Below are positions 53,071 through 64,000 of a stretch of 64,000 nt of DNA, one piece after another. The DNA is from Felis catus. Taxonomy: Eukaryota. The notes under the pieces are model-generated. The model saw nothing but the letters and a program-made list of their open reading frames with translations. It was not told where the DNA came from and searched no databases. Within the stretch, counting starts at the first letter, position 1, and each line of letters starts with the position of its first letter. The DNA lies in assembly GCF_018350175.1 (NCBI RefSeq), contig NC_058368.1, positions 222,148,001-222,212,000 on the forward strand. Direction: 5' to 3'. The translations under genes were made by a program, and so were the position numbers.

Positions 53071-54473
53071 AGCTGTTTGTGGTTTGTATTACATATTAAC
53101 ATGCTTTTATATACTGATTTCCATCATTCCAAATATTATCTCCAGTGATATATTTATATAAACACTGGCTTGCTTTCAGCCTGTATTTCTATCATTGTGT
53201 TTTAGAGAAGAAATGCTTGGCTTGGTTTTATGAAAACAAGAACATCTCTGAAAATTGGGTCCATGTGTTAAGTTCAAGAAGTTTCACATTTTGGCTTTTT
53301 CAGTAGCAAACCTTCTCCCCCATACTGACATTGCAGAGTTATGTGCCCTGACAGGCCCCACTTAGCATAGAGAAGTTAATGTAACTTGTGTAAGGTAGGG
53401 CGATGAATGTGTTATCACTCTCACAACTAAATCAGAATTCATCTTAGGAAGGAAACTGTGTTTATGGAACATATTTTGATAGGCCGTTTAGAACAATTAA
53501 GACTCTGAATGCGGGAGGAGACATCAGAAACCCAAACGATACAGATCTCTGGAATGGAGGGACAAAATTAGAAAATATGAGTAACAATGGAGAGATACCA
53601 AGCAACCCCATTAGTAATTTTTTGTAGATATTTCATCCTCAGGGGGCAATTTATGGTAAGATTGTGCTTCTTGGTTGAAATAGTCTCAGATTCTGAAGGT
53701 TGTTTTGCTGAGAGGGGAGAATAGGAGGCCGATTGGTCTCTCCCTCCCAAATTACCTCTCCCAACCTCCACCATGCACTTTCCACTGAGTTCCAAGGGCA
53801 AAGAGACTTTATTAGTGTAATGGAAAATTGTGGAACAATTTTGTTTTTAAGGAAGGAATTTTTATGCACTGTAACTTTGGCTTCTGTCTCACCGACCACT
53901 CTCCCACAAGTTTGCTATTGTAGCAGACTCTGCCAGTCTATGAGTTTTATTGGTCAAAAGTGAATTACATTGGGAAGTCTTCATATTTGGAGACTCTTAA
54001 AAATTTTGTTATTTTTTGTGCCCTTCTTTTTTACATTCTGTGAGTGTTCATCTTTTGCAGACATGTCTGACAATACAGTTTGTCTTATTTAAAGTCAGAT
54101 GTTAGGTAAACAGGAGGGTTTTCTGTGTCTAGGCCTACAGACATATCTGAGGTGCTTACTGATGAAGGATTACAGACTTATGAGTCATTTTGCTACCCTC
54201 ATAATCAAGGAATCCCCCCACAATTCTTCTTTCCAGGGAAATCTTTTTTATCAGTGAGGCTTATGTGTGTTTTGATAATCCAAATTCTTGAAATCTATTG
54301 GAAGTTGTCTGGAGGGTAACGTGGGGAACAACTTGTAAATGTGGCAATGGCTCCAGTAAAATTTAAAGTACAGTAAACTATAAAATAGCACCTCCTATAG
54401 AATGAAGAAATTTTGTATCTTCCCAACAAATGGATTTCTTTGTAGAGGCATGCTGTGGCCAAAACTTTGGAGA

Positions 54474-54669
54474 TTTTTTTTTCAATTTTTAATGTTTATT
54501 TATTTTGATAGACGGACATAAAGCATAAGTGGGGGAGGGTCAGAGAGAGAGAAAGAGAGAAGGAGACACAGAATCTGAAGTCAACTCCAGGATCTGAGCT
54601 GTCAGCAGTCTGACACGGAGCTCGAACTCACACATTGCGGGATCATGACCTGAGCTACCCAGGTGCCCC
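54474..54669 (-). mobile_element. Can-SINE with internal deletion
   Basis: SINE body lacking the segment between the two CTGAGC motifs; TGGAGA on both flanks. Confidence 0.88.
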
Positions 54670-57600
54670 TGGAGAGTAAATTTCAAAATTGTGAATGATG
54701 CTACAAAAAGGCTCATGCTTATTAAACAAATACTAGTTGATCTGAGCATGTTTTAAGAAAAAAAAACAAAAAACAAAAAACAAAAAGCCTGAAAATCTCA
54801 CCTATAAGACATAACTGCCCCCCCCCCCAAACACACATACTGGTAGAAATACCGTAGGTTACCAAGAGATGAGTTTTCCACTCAGGTGTTGAGCTGAAAG
54901 GTAAAATCTGTGAGTATAAACAAGAAAAAGTAAGCAGTTTTTGCCAAGTGCCTTGAAGGTGAAGAATGGCTATAGAAACTATTCCACTTGGCAGACATTT
55001 GTCATCACATGACCCAGTTGAGCTACTCTAATCTCTGGGAGAAAATATTCCTTTAGTGTAAGGCTTTTGGAATTTCAAGGAAACGGCATATAAAAATCTT
55101 GAATTATTCTTATTACTGCTGAAGATACAAAGACTGGGTGAATATCAGTAAGCCTTAGGCTGATAGTAAGCCAACTGGAAGATGTGACCGACAAGCTGAT
55201 GCAATGGTTTACCCCCTTCCTTTTAACACACCCATATAATTGTGTAGGGTTCTTTCTTTTGACTCTTCTACTCACCTCAGAACTTGACTTTGTGAGAAGA
55301 CAAAGGTTTTACAAGAATTAATAATTCAAATAGTTATTTTGAGATTCTTATCTTCCTATGTCAAGTTCTGTATCATCTAGAGTTTTGACTCTTCTGATAA
55401 TTTTTTTTTCTCTTGAGAATTGGTTATCCTGTCCTGTTTCTTAATATATTTAAAATTTTAAATTGGATCCTGGATATTTTGAATGTTATGATGTAGAAAA
55501 TCTGAGTTCTGATATATTCTTCCTAAGAGTGCTAATATTTTCTGTTCTGTTTTAGCAGGCAATTACATGGACAGTTCAAGTATAAAACTCTTTCTTCTTC
55601 GTAGTGAGAGGCAGCTCGAATTTTCATTTTATTTTTTTTTAACTTTAGCTGGCCTTTTGAAGTCAGTCCCATGTTTGTCTGGTTCAGGGGTCAGCCATAT
55701 ATTTGGGCAGAAAATATATATGGAATACTCCCCCTCCTTGCTTCTTTCCTTTCTGACATTTTTCTCTTCAGTTTCGAATATCTGTAATTCCTATGAACTC
55801 TGTGGTCTAGTTCTTCAAAAAATGAGACTCTAGGTCTTTCTATTGAAAGACTGCTATTCATGTGTAACTCTGGACTTGTCTCAGGCTAACACCTAAATAC
55901 AAAGTTAATAAGAACCTTCACCTTCATGTGTTTTTCCTTGTTTCCAAGGTTTAACTCCCCTCCAGTATCTGGGTATTTTTTAAAATATATTTATTTTTCC
56001 AGAAAATATATTTTTTTTCTTTCCTTTATTCAGCTTAAATTACTGAAATATATCATTAAAATAATATTTCACATATCATATGCTAAGAAACATACCTCAC
56101 TAGGATATTATATAGTTGTAATTTGTTATATTTAGGCCTATTTAAATAAAATAAAACAATTGAGAAGGACTTTTGTTGCCATTGTTTTCATGAAAAAAGG
56201 CTGAAGGAGGTTGAAATTTCTATTGCCTATAATAAGAAATTGCGTGGAAGTTGATGTTCTTGTGGGAAGAGAGAATAAATATGAAAATAGGAGTTATAAT
56301 TGGCCTAAATAAACAGACCTATAAAAAGGTTGTTTAAATAAAAGGGCACTGAAAATTATATTTTAGAATATTATATCTACAATTATTGGCTATTCTTATG
56401 TATATATAGATATCTAGAAATACACAGAGATTCCCTGAGATTTGATCAGTTTCTTGAAGCTTCCTCCAGGATAAATAACAATAATAATGGTATCAATTAT
56501 CAATTAATTAGTTTTTAAAAATTAAAAAAAATGTTTACAGTTAATAATGAGCTATAGAGTATAATTTTAAACAGGACTGTGAGTTGACTACATTTAAGTT
56601 TCAAGTATATTGAACTTAATGGCCATTTAAGAAATTTGATTATTTAAATTTCTCAAATTACACACTAACAAAATTTAATTAAAAACAAACAAAAATATTA
56701 TTGAAAATGTACCGTTTCGGCACCACTGCATACATTGTGCTTAGAATGGGGAATGGGAAATTTTGATTAACATATGCTAGGGATTTTTGTTTCTCCATGC
56801 AATTATTAGACTTACTATTTTTTTTACATTTTCAAAAGATCATATCTCTTCACTGTTACGTTTTGACAGTAACTTGCATTGTCAGTGTCTCAAGTACATA
56901 AGAGACAGTATGCTACTGACATATTTCAGATACAATGCCACAAATCTATAAACAAAGAGCAATTGTCCCAAATTAAAAAAAAAAAAAAGTAATTGTCCCA
57001 AGGGTAGGAGACATAGGTGTATTTGTCTATTCGTATTGAAAACAATTTACTATGATGATAACCCATCCTTACTAGCTTTAATTGAACTGAAAATGTGTGA
57101 ACAATGAATGATCATCTAAAGGTTGAAACATTTAAGAATCACATCTCAGCAACAGTTTTTAGATTGCTGTTGGTATTGAAATACAAAATATTACAAAACA
57201 TCACTTATGTTATTGAGATGATTTCCTTTTTCTGTGCTTGTGGGTTAATACCACAGATCAAGTGCTGCAGAGTGCATTGGGAAAGCATGCGATTGATTTG
57301 CAAACCCTTTATATCCTGATTGTAATGTTCAGTCATATGAGACACATATCCTGAGATCAGAGAGTCTACTTTTTGTTTTGCACGGGCAATAGTTTAAATG
57401 ATAGGTTGACACTTAAAGGAATAAATATTCAAGTATGAAGTAAGTTTGAAAGTCGTTAATATTAACGGTTTATGATAACATATCATCATTATGTGTTGAA
57501 ACAAATATTGTATCGTATTTATTTGACACTAATCTGGCTAACATGAAGAATGAAAGAAAGAATTGATTTGATTTTGACCCAAATAATGAAATTATAACCT

Positions 57601-58742
57601 TTGTAAGAATGAATTAAAGCATATTCTAACCTTTTCATCATTTCACATTTTCACTCTCAGAAGACCATTACCAACAGGGAAAGGAATGATTTTGCAGTGG
57701 GCTTTTGCTCAGTGTTATGCTTTAGTTCCTCATTATAATGAAATGCAAAGGACATGAAGAGGAAGGTGACAAGATTCTACCAAATCACTACTTACAACTT
57801 TTTGTATGTAATAGTAAGGTTTGAGATTAAACGAAGAAACAACACATACTTCTTGAACAACAAGATATGTTACAGCAGAAGATCTGTTTGATATGTTGAT
57901 GGAGCAGATTCACAATATATGCTATTTGAATATTGCAGCATATTACTTTTATTTTACTTTAAGGGGACAATATTACAATGTAAGTGTTTAATTAAAAAAT
58001 ACCAAGTGAACAAAAATTATGAGTCTGTGAACGTTAAACTAGTTGAAATCTGCAAACCTTTAATATGAAAAATTAAATTATATTATCCCTTGATTTGTGG
58101 AATATAATAATGCTTATTGAAATGAGTCAAATGACATTTTTTCTTATGAAGGTCTTTCCGATACATGGTATTTGAAACTTATTTCATTGCTCATGATCAT
58201 TAATGCTTAATTTCAAAGATCATTTAATATGTACTTCATAAGAAAGTCTGGCTTTAGACTCAGATTTGCTTGCTTGATTGATTTGATGAACTTAAAGAAA
58301 GACATTGCTTCATCAACATTCAAACAACACAAGGAGTCTAAATTGCCCCAAGGTGAATTCTCAATTGTCTTTAATTTGCTCATTTTTCAAGAAAAAGAAA
58401 AGAGTGTCTAACTTTTGTCTTAAAGGTTTCCAAGGGCAATTGACAGTTTACTACCACTATTTAGGTCAAAGCATTATATATATTTTTGTCCCTTTTTCCT
58501 GTAATTCAACATGAAGAAAGTTATTGATAGATTACAATGAGCCGTGTTCTATTTTGCAAAGATACTTCAGTGAACCAAAGACACCTATTTCCATGGAGCT
58601 TATATTTTAGAGGTGATGGGCTGACAGAGATAAACATAAATCCATAAATGATATGTGACATTAAGAGGTGATTTTTTACATATTTAAAAGTAAAAAACAA
58701 GGAAAGGGTTTGTGATTAAAAGTAAGGGTTGTGGGGGTAGGA

Positions 58743-58751
58743 GCCAAGATG
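58743..58751 (+). promoter_or_regulatory. YY1 motif of the L1 internal promoter
   Basis: CCAAGATGG(C) about 10 nt from the L1 5' end, the position known from mammalian L1s. Confidence 0.65.
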
Positions 58752-59831
58752 GCAGAACTGCATGGAAGCTTTTTGTGTGTCTCGCGTCCATGAAATACAG
58801 CCAGACCAATAGTAAACCATCCTACACACCTAGAAAACAGATTGGAGGATTAAGACAACAGTCTGCACAATCTGAACCACAGAATTCAGCAGGTATCAGG
58901 CACAGAGAGCTGAACTTGGGGACCGAGAAGCTGCAAAAAGTAGGGTACTGCTTTTGCGGGCAGAGAGAGGGCAGAGACTGGGGAGGCGGGGAGAATACAG
59001 GAAAATCACCTTTCCTCAAAAACAGCTGGAGAGAAAGTGGAAAATTGGAAATAGCCACAGGGACTAAACAGGGAGAAAGGAAAAAGGAGAGAGTTTAAAT
59101 TCCATTAAGACTCTAAACAAGGGGAGCACAAAGGCTGCAACTCCGCAGCTCGATGCCTGGTTGTGCTCTGGTGGGAAGGGCGAATCCCCAGGAACAGAGT
59201 GGGGTCAGGAAGGTTCTTGGGCCACACGGGGAAAAGCGGTTCCACTGCTGGAAGGACATTTGGTAGAGACAGTTGAAGCCACCTGGTCCCAGCAGACCCC
59301 AGAAAACGGCCACATTTGCTGGTGCTGGAACAAGGTCGTTCAGGGTGAAACCCACTGGTGCCAGATGTGTGTTGCAATTTTCCATAATCCCTGAAACGCT
59401 GCTGCTACATTGTCCCGCAAACATTTTCTGGGATGATCTGGCAACTGGCCGCAGTCTTGGGGCACCAGCAACAATAGGGTCCAGCATGTGTAACTGGGTG
59501 CAGCCAATATTCAGACATGACTCATTCGGCCATTGCTAGTGAGACCCTCCTGCAGAGAGGTGGAACGGGTCAAAGACGCAGTCCTTCTGAAGTAAGGGGC
59601 CAGGGAAAACAGCCGCATCTAAGACAAAACTTAGGAGAGAGGTACGGCCTGGGGCCTGGTCACGGAGAATGAAAAAACGGGGAGAGTGGATGAGAGCTGA
59701 AGACAGAGGACTGGTGCACAATTGCTGACCCAGGAGAACAGACTGGGTAGCTGAGTGAGGACATTTTCACCACACCCGCATGTGCACTCAGGCACCTACA
59801 AGCCCGACAAAGCTCCACCCCAGTAAGTTAG

Positions 59832-59847
59832 CAGCGCCATCTAGTGG
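59832..59847 (-). promoter_or_regulatory. CTCF consensus motif in L1 5' UTR
   Basis: Reverse strand CCACTAGATGGCGCTG matches the CTCF core; binding not shown. Confidence 0.55.
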
Positions 59848-60860
59848 AGAACGGTACTGTTACACTGGGCTCTGCCCAACTGAGCCAACTTTGCTCTTCA
59901 AGAACACAAACCTCACCACTGGCTTAATTTATGGACTATAAAGAACTACATAGACTGACTTCTAGGGGAAAACAAAGCAATTTCAGTCCTATTTCAATCT
60001 GTTAGCAGGTTGATCTATTCAGTTTTCTTTCTTACTTTTTTTCTTTTTCCTTTTCTCTTTTACAATTCTTTCCTTTTTCTTAAACACAGAAAGAGAAAAA
60101 AATCATTTTTATTTACAATTTTTATTAAAAATATCTTTCTTTACTTTTTATTACTACATTTTTTACTTTTATGTAAATATTTTTAAATTCTACTTTACTT
60201 CTATCATTTTATTTTAGTCTACTGCAGTGTACTCACTTTTTCAAATTTTCAAACAATTCCCTTTTTTTCTTTCTTTTTCATTTCTTCTCTTTCTCTTGAA
60301 TGCAGAAATAGAAAAACAATTTTTAGTTTCAATTTATATTAAAAATATTTTTATTTAATTTTTATTACTATATATTTTGCTTTTATATAAATGCTTTCAA
60401 ATTCTATTTTACTTCCATCATTTTATTTTAGTCTACTACAGTGTATTCACTTTTAAAATTTTCCAATGATTTCTTTTTTTCTTCATTATTATCTTTTTCT
60501 CTTTTCATTTCTTTTTTCTTAAATACAGAAAATGAAAAACTTCATCTTTATTTTCAATTTTTATTAAAAATATTTTTCTACTATATTCTTTAATTTTTGT
60601 ATATTTTTTAAAATTCTATTTTACCTCATCATCTCATTTTAGTCTACTTCAGTGTATTCATTTTTTCAAAGTCTCAAATAATTTCCTTTGCCCCCCCCTT
60701 TTTTTTCTCTAATCTGTTAAACCACTTTCAACACCCAGACCAAAACACACTTAGGATCTAGCATCATTTATTCAATTTGTATATGTGTGTGTTTAATTTT
60801 TAATTTAATTTTTTTTAATTTCAATTTTTCTATCTCATTAATTCCTTTTCTCCCTTCAAA

Positions 60861-61737
60861 ATGTCAAAATGAAGGAATTCACCTAAAAGAAAGAGCACGA
60901 AGAAATGACAGCCAGAGATTTAACCAACACAGACACAAGCAAGATGTCTGAACCAGAATTTAGAATCACGATAATAAGAATACTAGCTGGAGTCGAAAAT
61001 AGATTAGAATACCTTTCTGCAGAGATGAAAGAAGTAAAAAATAGCCAGAAAGAAATTAAAAATGCTATAACTGAGCTGCAATCACGGATAGATGCAGCAG
61101 CGGCAAGGATGGATGAGGCAGAACAGAGAATCAGCGATATAGAGGACAGACATATAGAGAATAACGAAGCAGAAAAAAAGAGGGAGATTAACGCAAAAGG
61201 GCACTATTTAAGAATTAGAGAAATCAGTTGCTCGTTAAAAAGGAACAACATCAGAATCATAGGGTCCCAGAAGAGGAAGAGAGAGAAAGGGGTAGAAGGG
61301 TTATGTGAACAGACCATAGCGGAAAACTTTCTTAACCTGGGGAAAGACACAGACATCAAAATCCAGGAAGTACAGAGGACACGCATTAGATTCAACAAAG
61401 ACCGACCATCAACAAAGCATATCATAGTCAAATTCACAAAATACTCAGGCAAGGAGAGAATCATGAAAGCAGAAAGGGAAAAAAAGTCCTTCACATACAA
61501 GGGAAGACAGATCAGGTTTGCAGCAGACCTATCCATAGAAACTTGGCAGGCCAGAAAGGAGTGGCAGGATATATTCAATGTGCTGAATCAGAAAAATATG
61601 CAGCCAAGAATTCTTTATCCAGCAAGGCTGTCATTCAAAACAGAAGGAGAGATAAAAGTTTCCCAGACAAACAACATTTAAATAAGTTTGTGACCACTAA
61701 ACCAGCTCTGAAAGAAATTTTAAGGGGAACTCTCTGA
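60861..61737 (+). pseudogene. L1 ORF1p (coiled-coil/RRM/CTD), disrupted
   Basis: ATG TCA AAA TGA gives an early stop, followed by a frame change. The 258-aa open part (60905-61681) has KRNNIRIIG, HIIVKF, IRFAADLS, ARKEW and YPARLSF. The C-terminus SFPDKQ..TTKPALKEIL lies in another frame. Confidence 0.95.
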
Positions 61738-61756
61738 GGGGAGAAAAGATGAAACT

Positions 61757-61769
61757 ATATATGTGTGTA

Positions 61770-61820
<51 letters not shown>
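61757..61820. repeat. (TA)n/(TG)n microsatellite in L1 inter-ORF spacer
   Basis: Directly visible. Confidence 0.9.
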
Positions 61821-61823
<3 letters not shown>

Positions 61824-61890
61824 AAAAGCAAAAAAAGACCAGAAAGGACCCGAGAACACCACCAGAAACTGCAACTCTATAAGCATCCTA

Positions 61891-64000
61891 ATGGCAATAA
61901 ATTCATATCTTTCAGTACTCACTCTAAATGTCAATGGACTCAATGCTCCAATCAAAAGATATAGGGTAACAGAATGGATAAGAAAACAAGACCTATCTAT
62001 ATGCTGTTTACAAGAGACCCACTTTAGACCTGAAGACACATTCAGATTGAAAATAAGGGATGGAGAACCATCTATCATGCTAATGGTCAACAAAAGAAAG
62101 CCGGAGTAGCCATACTTATATCAGACCATCTAGACTTTAAAATAAAGACTGTATCAAGAGATGCAGAAGAGAATTATGTCATAATCAAGGGGTATGTAGA
62201 CCAAGAAGACCTAACAATTGTAAACACTTAGGCACCACATGTTGTAGCGCCCAAGTATATAAATCAATTAATCACAAACATAAAGAAACTCATCGATAGT
62301 AATACCATAATAGTAGGAGACTTCAACACCCCACTCACAGCAATGGACAGATCATCTAATCAAAAAATCGACAAGGAAACAATGGCTTTGAATGACACAG
62401 TGGACCAGATGGACTTAACAGATATATTCAGAACATTTCATCCCAAAGCAGCAGAATACACATTCTTCTCCAGTGCACATGGAATGTTCTCCAGAATAGA
62501 CCATATACTGGGACACAAATCAGCCCTAAGTAAGTACAAAAAGATCAAGATCATACCATGCATATTTTCAGACCACAGCACTATGAAACTTTAAATCAAC
62601 CACAAGAAAAAATTTGGAAATGTAACAAATACTGGAGACTGAAGAACGTCCTACTAAAGAATGAATGGGCTAACCAAGCAGTTAAACAGGAAATTTAAAA
62701 GTACATGGAAGTCAATGAAAATGATAACACCACAACCCAAAACCTCTGGGACGCAGCAAAGGCGGTCATAAGAGGAAAGTACATAGCAATCCAGGCCTTC
62801 CTAAAGAAGGAAGAAAGATCTCAGATACACAACCTAACCTTATGCCTTAAGGAGCTGGAAAAAGAACAGCAAATAAAACCCAAAACCAGCAGAAGACAGG
62901 AAATAATAAAGAGTAGAGCAGAAATTAATGTTATCAAAAAAAAAAAAAAACCAGTAGAACAGATTAATGAAACCAAAAGCTGTTTCTTTGAAAGAATTAA
63001 CAAATTGATAAACCACTAGCCAGTTTGATCAAGAAGAAAAAGAAAAGGACCCAAATAAATAAAATCAAGAATGAAAGAGGAGAGATCACAACCAACACAA
63101 CAGAAATAAAAACAATAATAAGACAATATTATGAGAAATTATATGCCAATAAAATTGGTAATCTGGAAGAAATGGACAAATTCCTAGAAACATATACAAT
63201 AAAAGCAATTATAAAACAATAAAAACAATAATAAGAAATATTAAAATAAAACAATAAAATATTAAAATAAAACAATAAAAACAATAATAAGAAATAAAAA
63301 CAATAATAAGACAATATTATGAGCAATTATATGCCAATAAAATTGGTAATCTGGAAGAAATGGACAAATTCCTAGAAACATATACACTACCAAAACTGAA
63401 ACAGGAAGAAATAGAAAATTTGAACAGACCCATAACCAGTAAGGAAATCAAATTAGTAATCAAAAATCTGCAAAATAAAAACAAGAGTCCAGGGCCAGGT
63501 GGTTTTCCAGGGTAATTCTTCCAAACATGTAAGGAACAGTTAAGACCTATTCTCTTGAAACTGTTCCAAAAAATAGAAATGGAAGGAAAACTTCCAAACT
63601 CTTTCTATGAAGCCAGCGTTACCTTGATTCCAAAACCAGACTGAGACCCCACTAAAAAGGAGAACTATAGATCAATTTCCCTGATGAACATGGATGCAAA
63701 AATCCTCAACAAGATATTAGCCTACCGGATCCAACAATACATTAAAAAAATTATTCACCACGACCAAGTGAGATTTATACCTGGGATGTAGGGCTGGTTT
63801 AATATTTGCAAAATAATTAACGTGATTCATCACATCAATAAAAGAAAGGACAGGAACCAGATGATCCTCTCAGTAGATGCAGAGAAAGCATTTGACAAAA
63901 TACAGCATCCTTTCTTGAAAAAACCCTCAAGAAAGTAGGGATAGAAGGATAATACCACAAGATCATAAAAGCTCGAGATCATACCTTGAGACCCAACGCT
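61891..64000 (+). pseudogene. L1 ORF2p (APE endonuclease and start of RT), disrupted, partial
   Basis: LTLNVNGLN, CLQETH, GDFNTPL, SRIDHILGH and SDH endonuclease motifs; [19 protein letters not shown] and [15 protein letters not shown] motifs; multiple stops and frameshifts. Confidence 0.96.

Larger units (their letters stand above)
58733..64000 (+). mobile_element. 5'-complete, inactivated felid-type LINE-1 (continues beyond window)
   Basis: Starts GGGGGTAGGAGCCAAGATGGC after a TT/AAAA site; 5' UTR of about 2.1 kb, ORF1, spacer, then ORF2 EN and RT domains. Confidence 0.96.

Noticed and set aside
54059..54070. Palindrome CAGACATGTCTG (p53 half-site) and a 45-nt AG..GT mini-exon
   Set aside because: Only one half-site, and the mini-exon has stops in all three frames.
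75..54749. Recurrent ORF family MAQSV..PTSAQVMIS..SSP.SGS.LTAQSLEPASDSVSPSL (about 20 copies) resembling a repeated small-protein family
   Set aside because: These are translations of Can-SINE bodies, mostly from GTG/TTG starts, not genes.
15190..55280. Series of strong minus-strand donors (15192, 26482, 33760, 37317, 55275) suggesting a spliced gene
   Set aside because: No matching acceptors with coherent reading frames, and similar donors occur on the plus strand (37712, 43376). A lncRNA cannot be excluded without RNA data.
56850..56922. Imperfect hairpins (TGTCAG/CTGACA, TGTCTC/GAGACA), possible miRNA or MITE
   Set aside because: Stems are short and bulged, with no recognisable miRNA or TIR/TSD.
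58712..59721. Sense and antisense ORFs in the L1 5' UTR, including a 124-aa ORF0-like candidate
   Set aside because: Expected by chance in a GC-rich UTR; ORF0 is described for primate L1 and I see no similarity.
1..64000. CRISPR arrays, operons, non-retroviral endogenous viral elements, true tRNA or rRNA genes
   Set aside because: None recognisable; tRNA-like boxes all belong to SINE heads. A highly decayed viral insert could only be excluded by tBLASTx.

Overview
This is AT-rich mammalian non-coding DNA, almost certainly from a feliform carnivore, probably a felid. That call rests on about 30 tRNA-derived Can-SINEs of SINEC_Fc type and cat-type L1s. I see no intact host protein-coding exon. 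Nearly all tracked ORFs are SINE-derived, microsatellite-derived or chance ORFs, and only those from 60.9 kb onward are recognisable proteins (decayed L1 ORF1p and ORF2p). The window holds a near-perfect U1 snRNA retrocopy (5434-5597) and a 5'-complete but inactivated L1 running off the right edge (58733-64000). It also holds older L1, L2 and MIR fragments, MaLR and ERV LTRs, MER5A, MER82 and MER47-type DNA transposons (several nested) and microsatellites. I found no clear new multi-gene system. The best lead is that the U1 retrocopy, read antisense, forms a ready-made 153-nt frame-preserving cassette exon with a strong acceptor and a perfect donor. Other leads are templated-insertion repair scars in the L1, four co-oriented CTCF-like motifs (three TE-derived) and an AP-1 cluster in a repeat-poor block. 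Repeat subfamily names come from remembered consensus similarity, and old-repeat boundaries are approximate.
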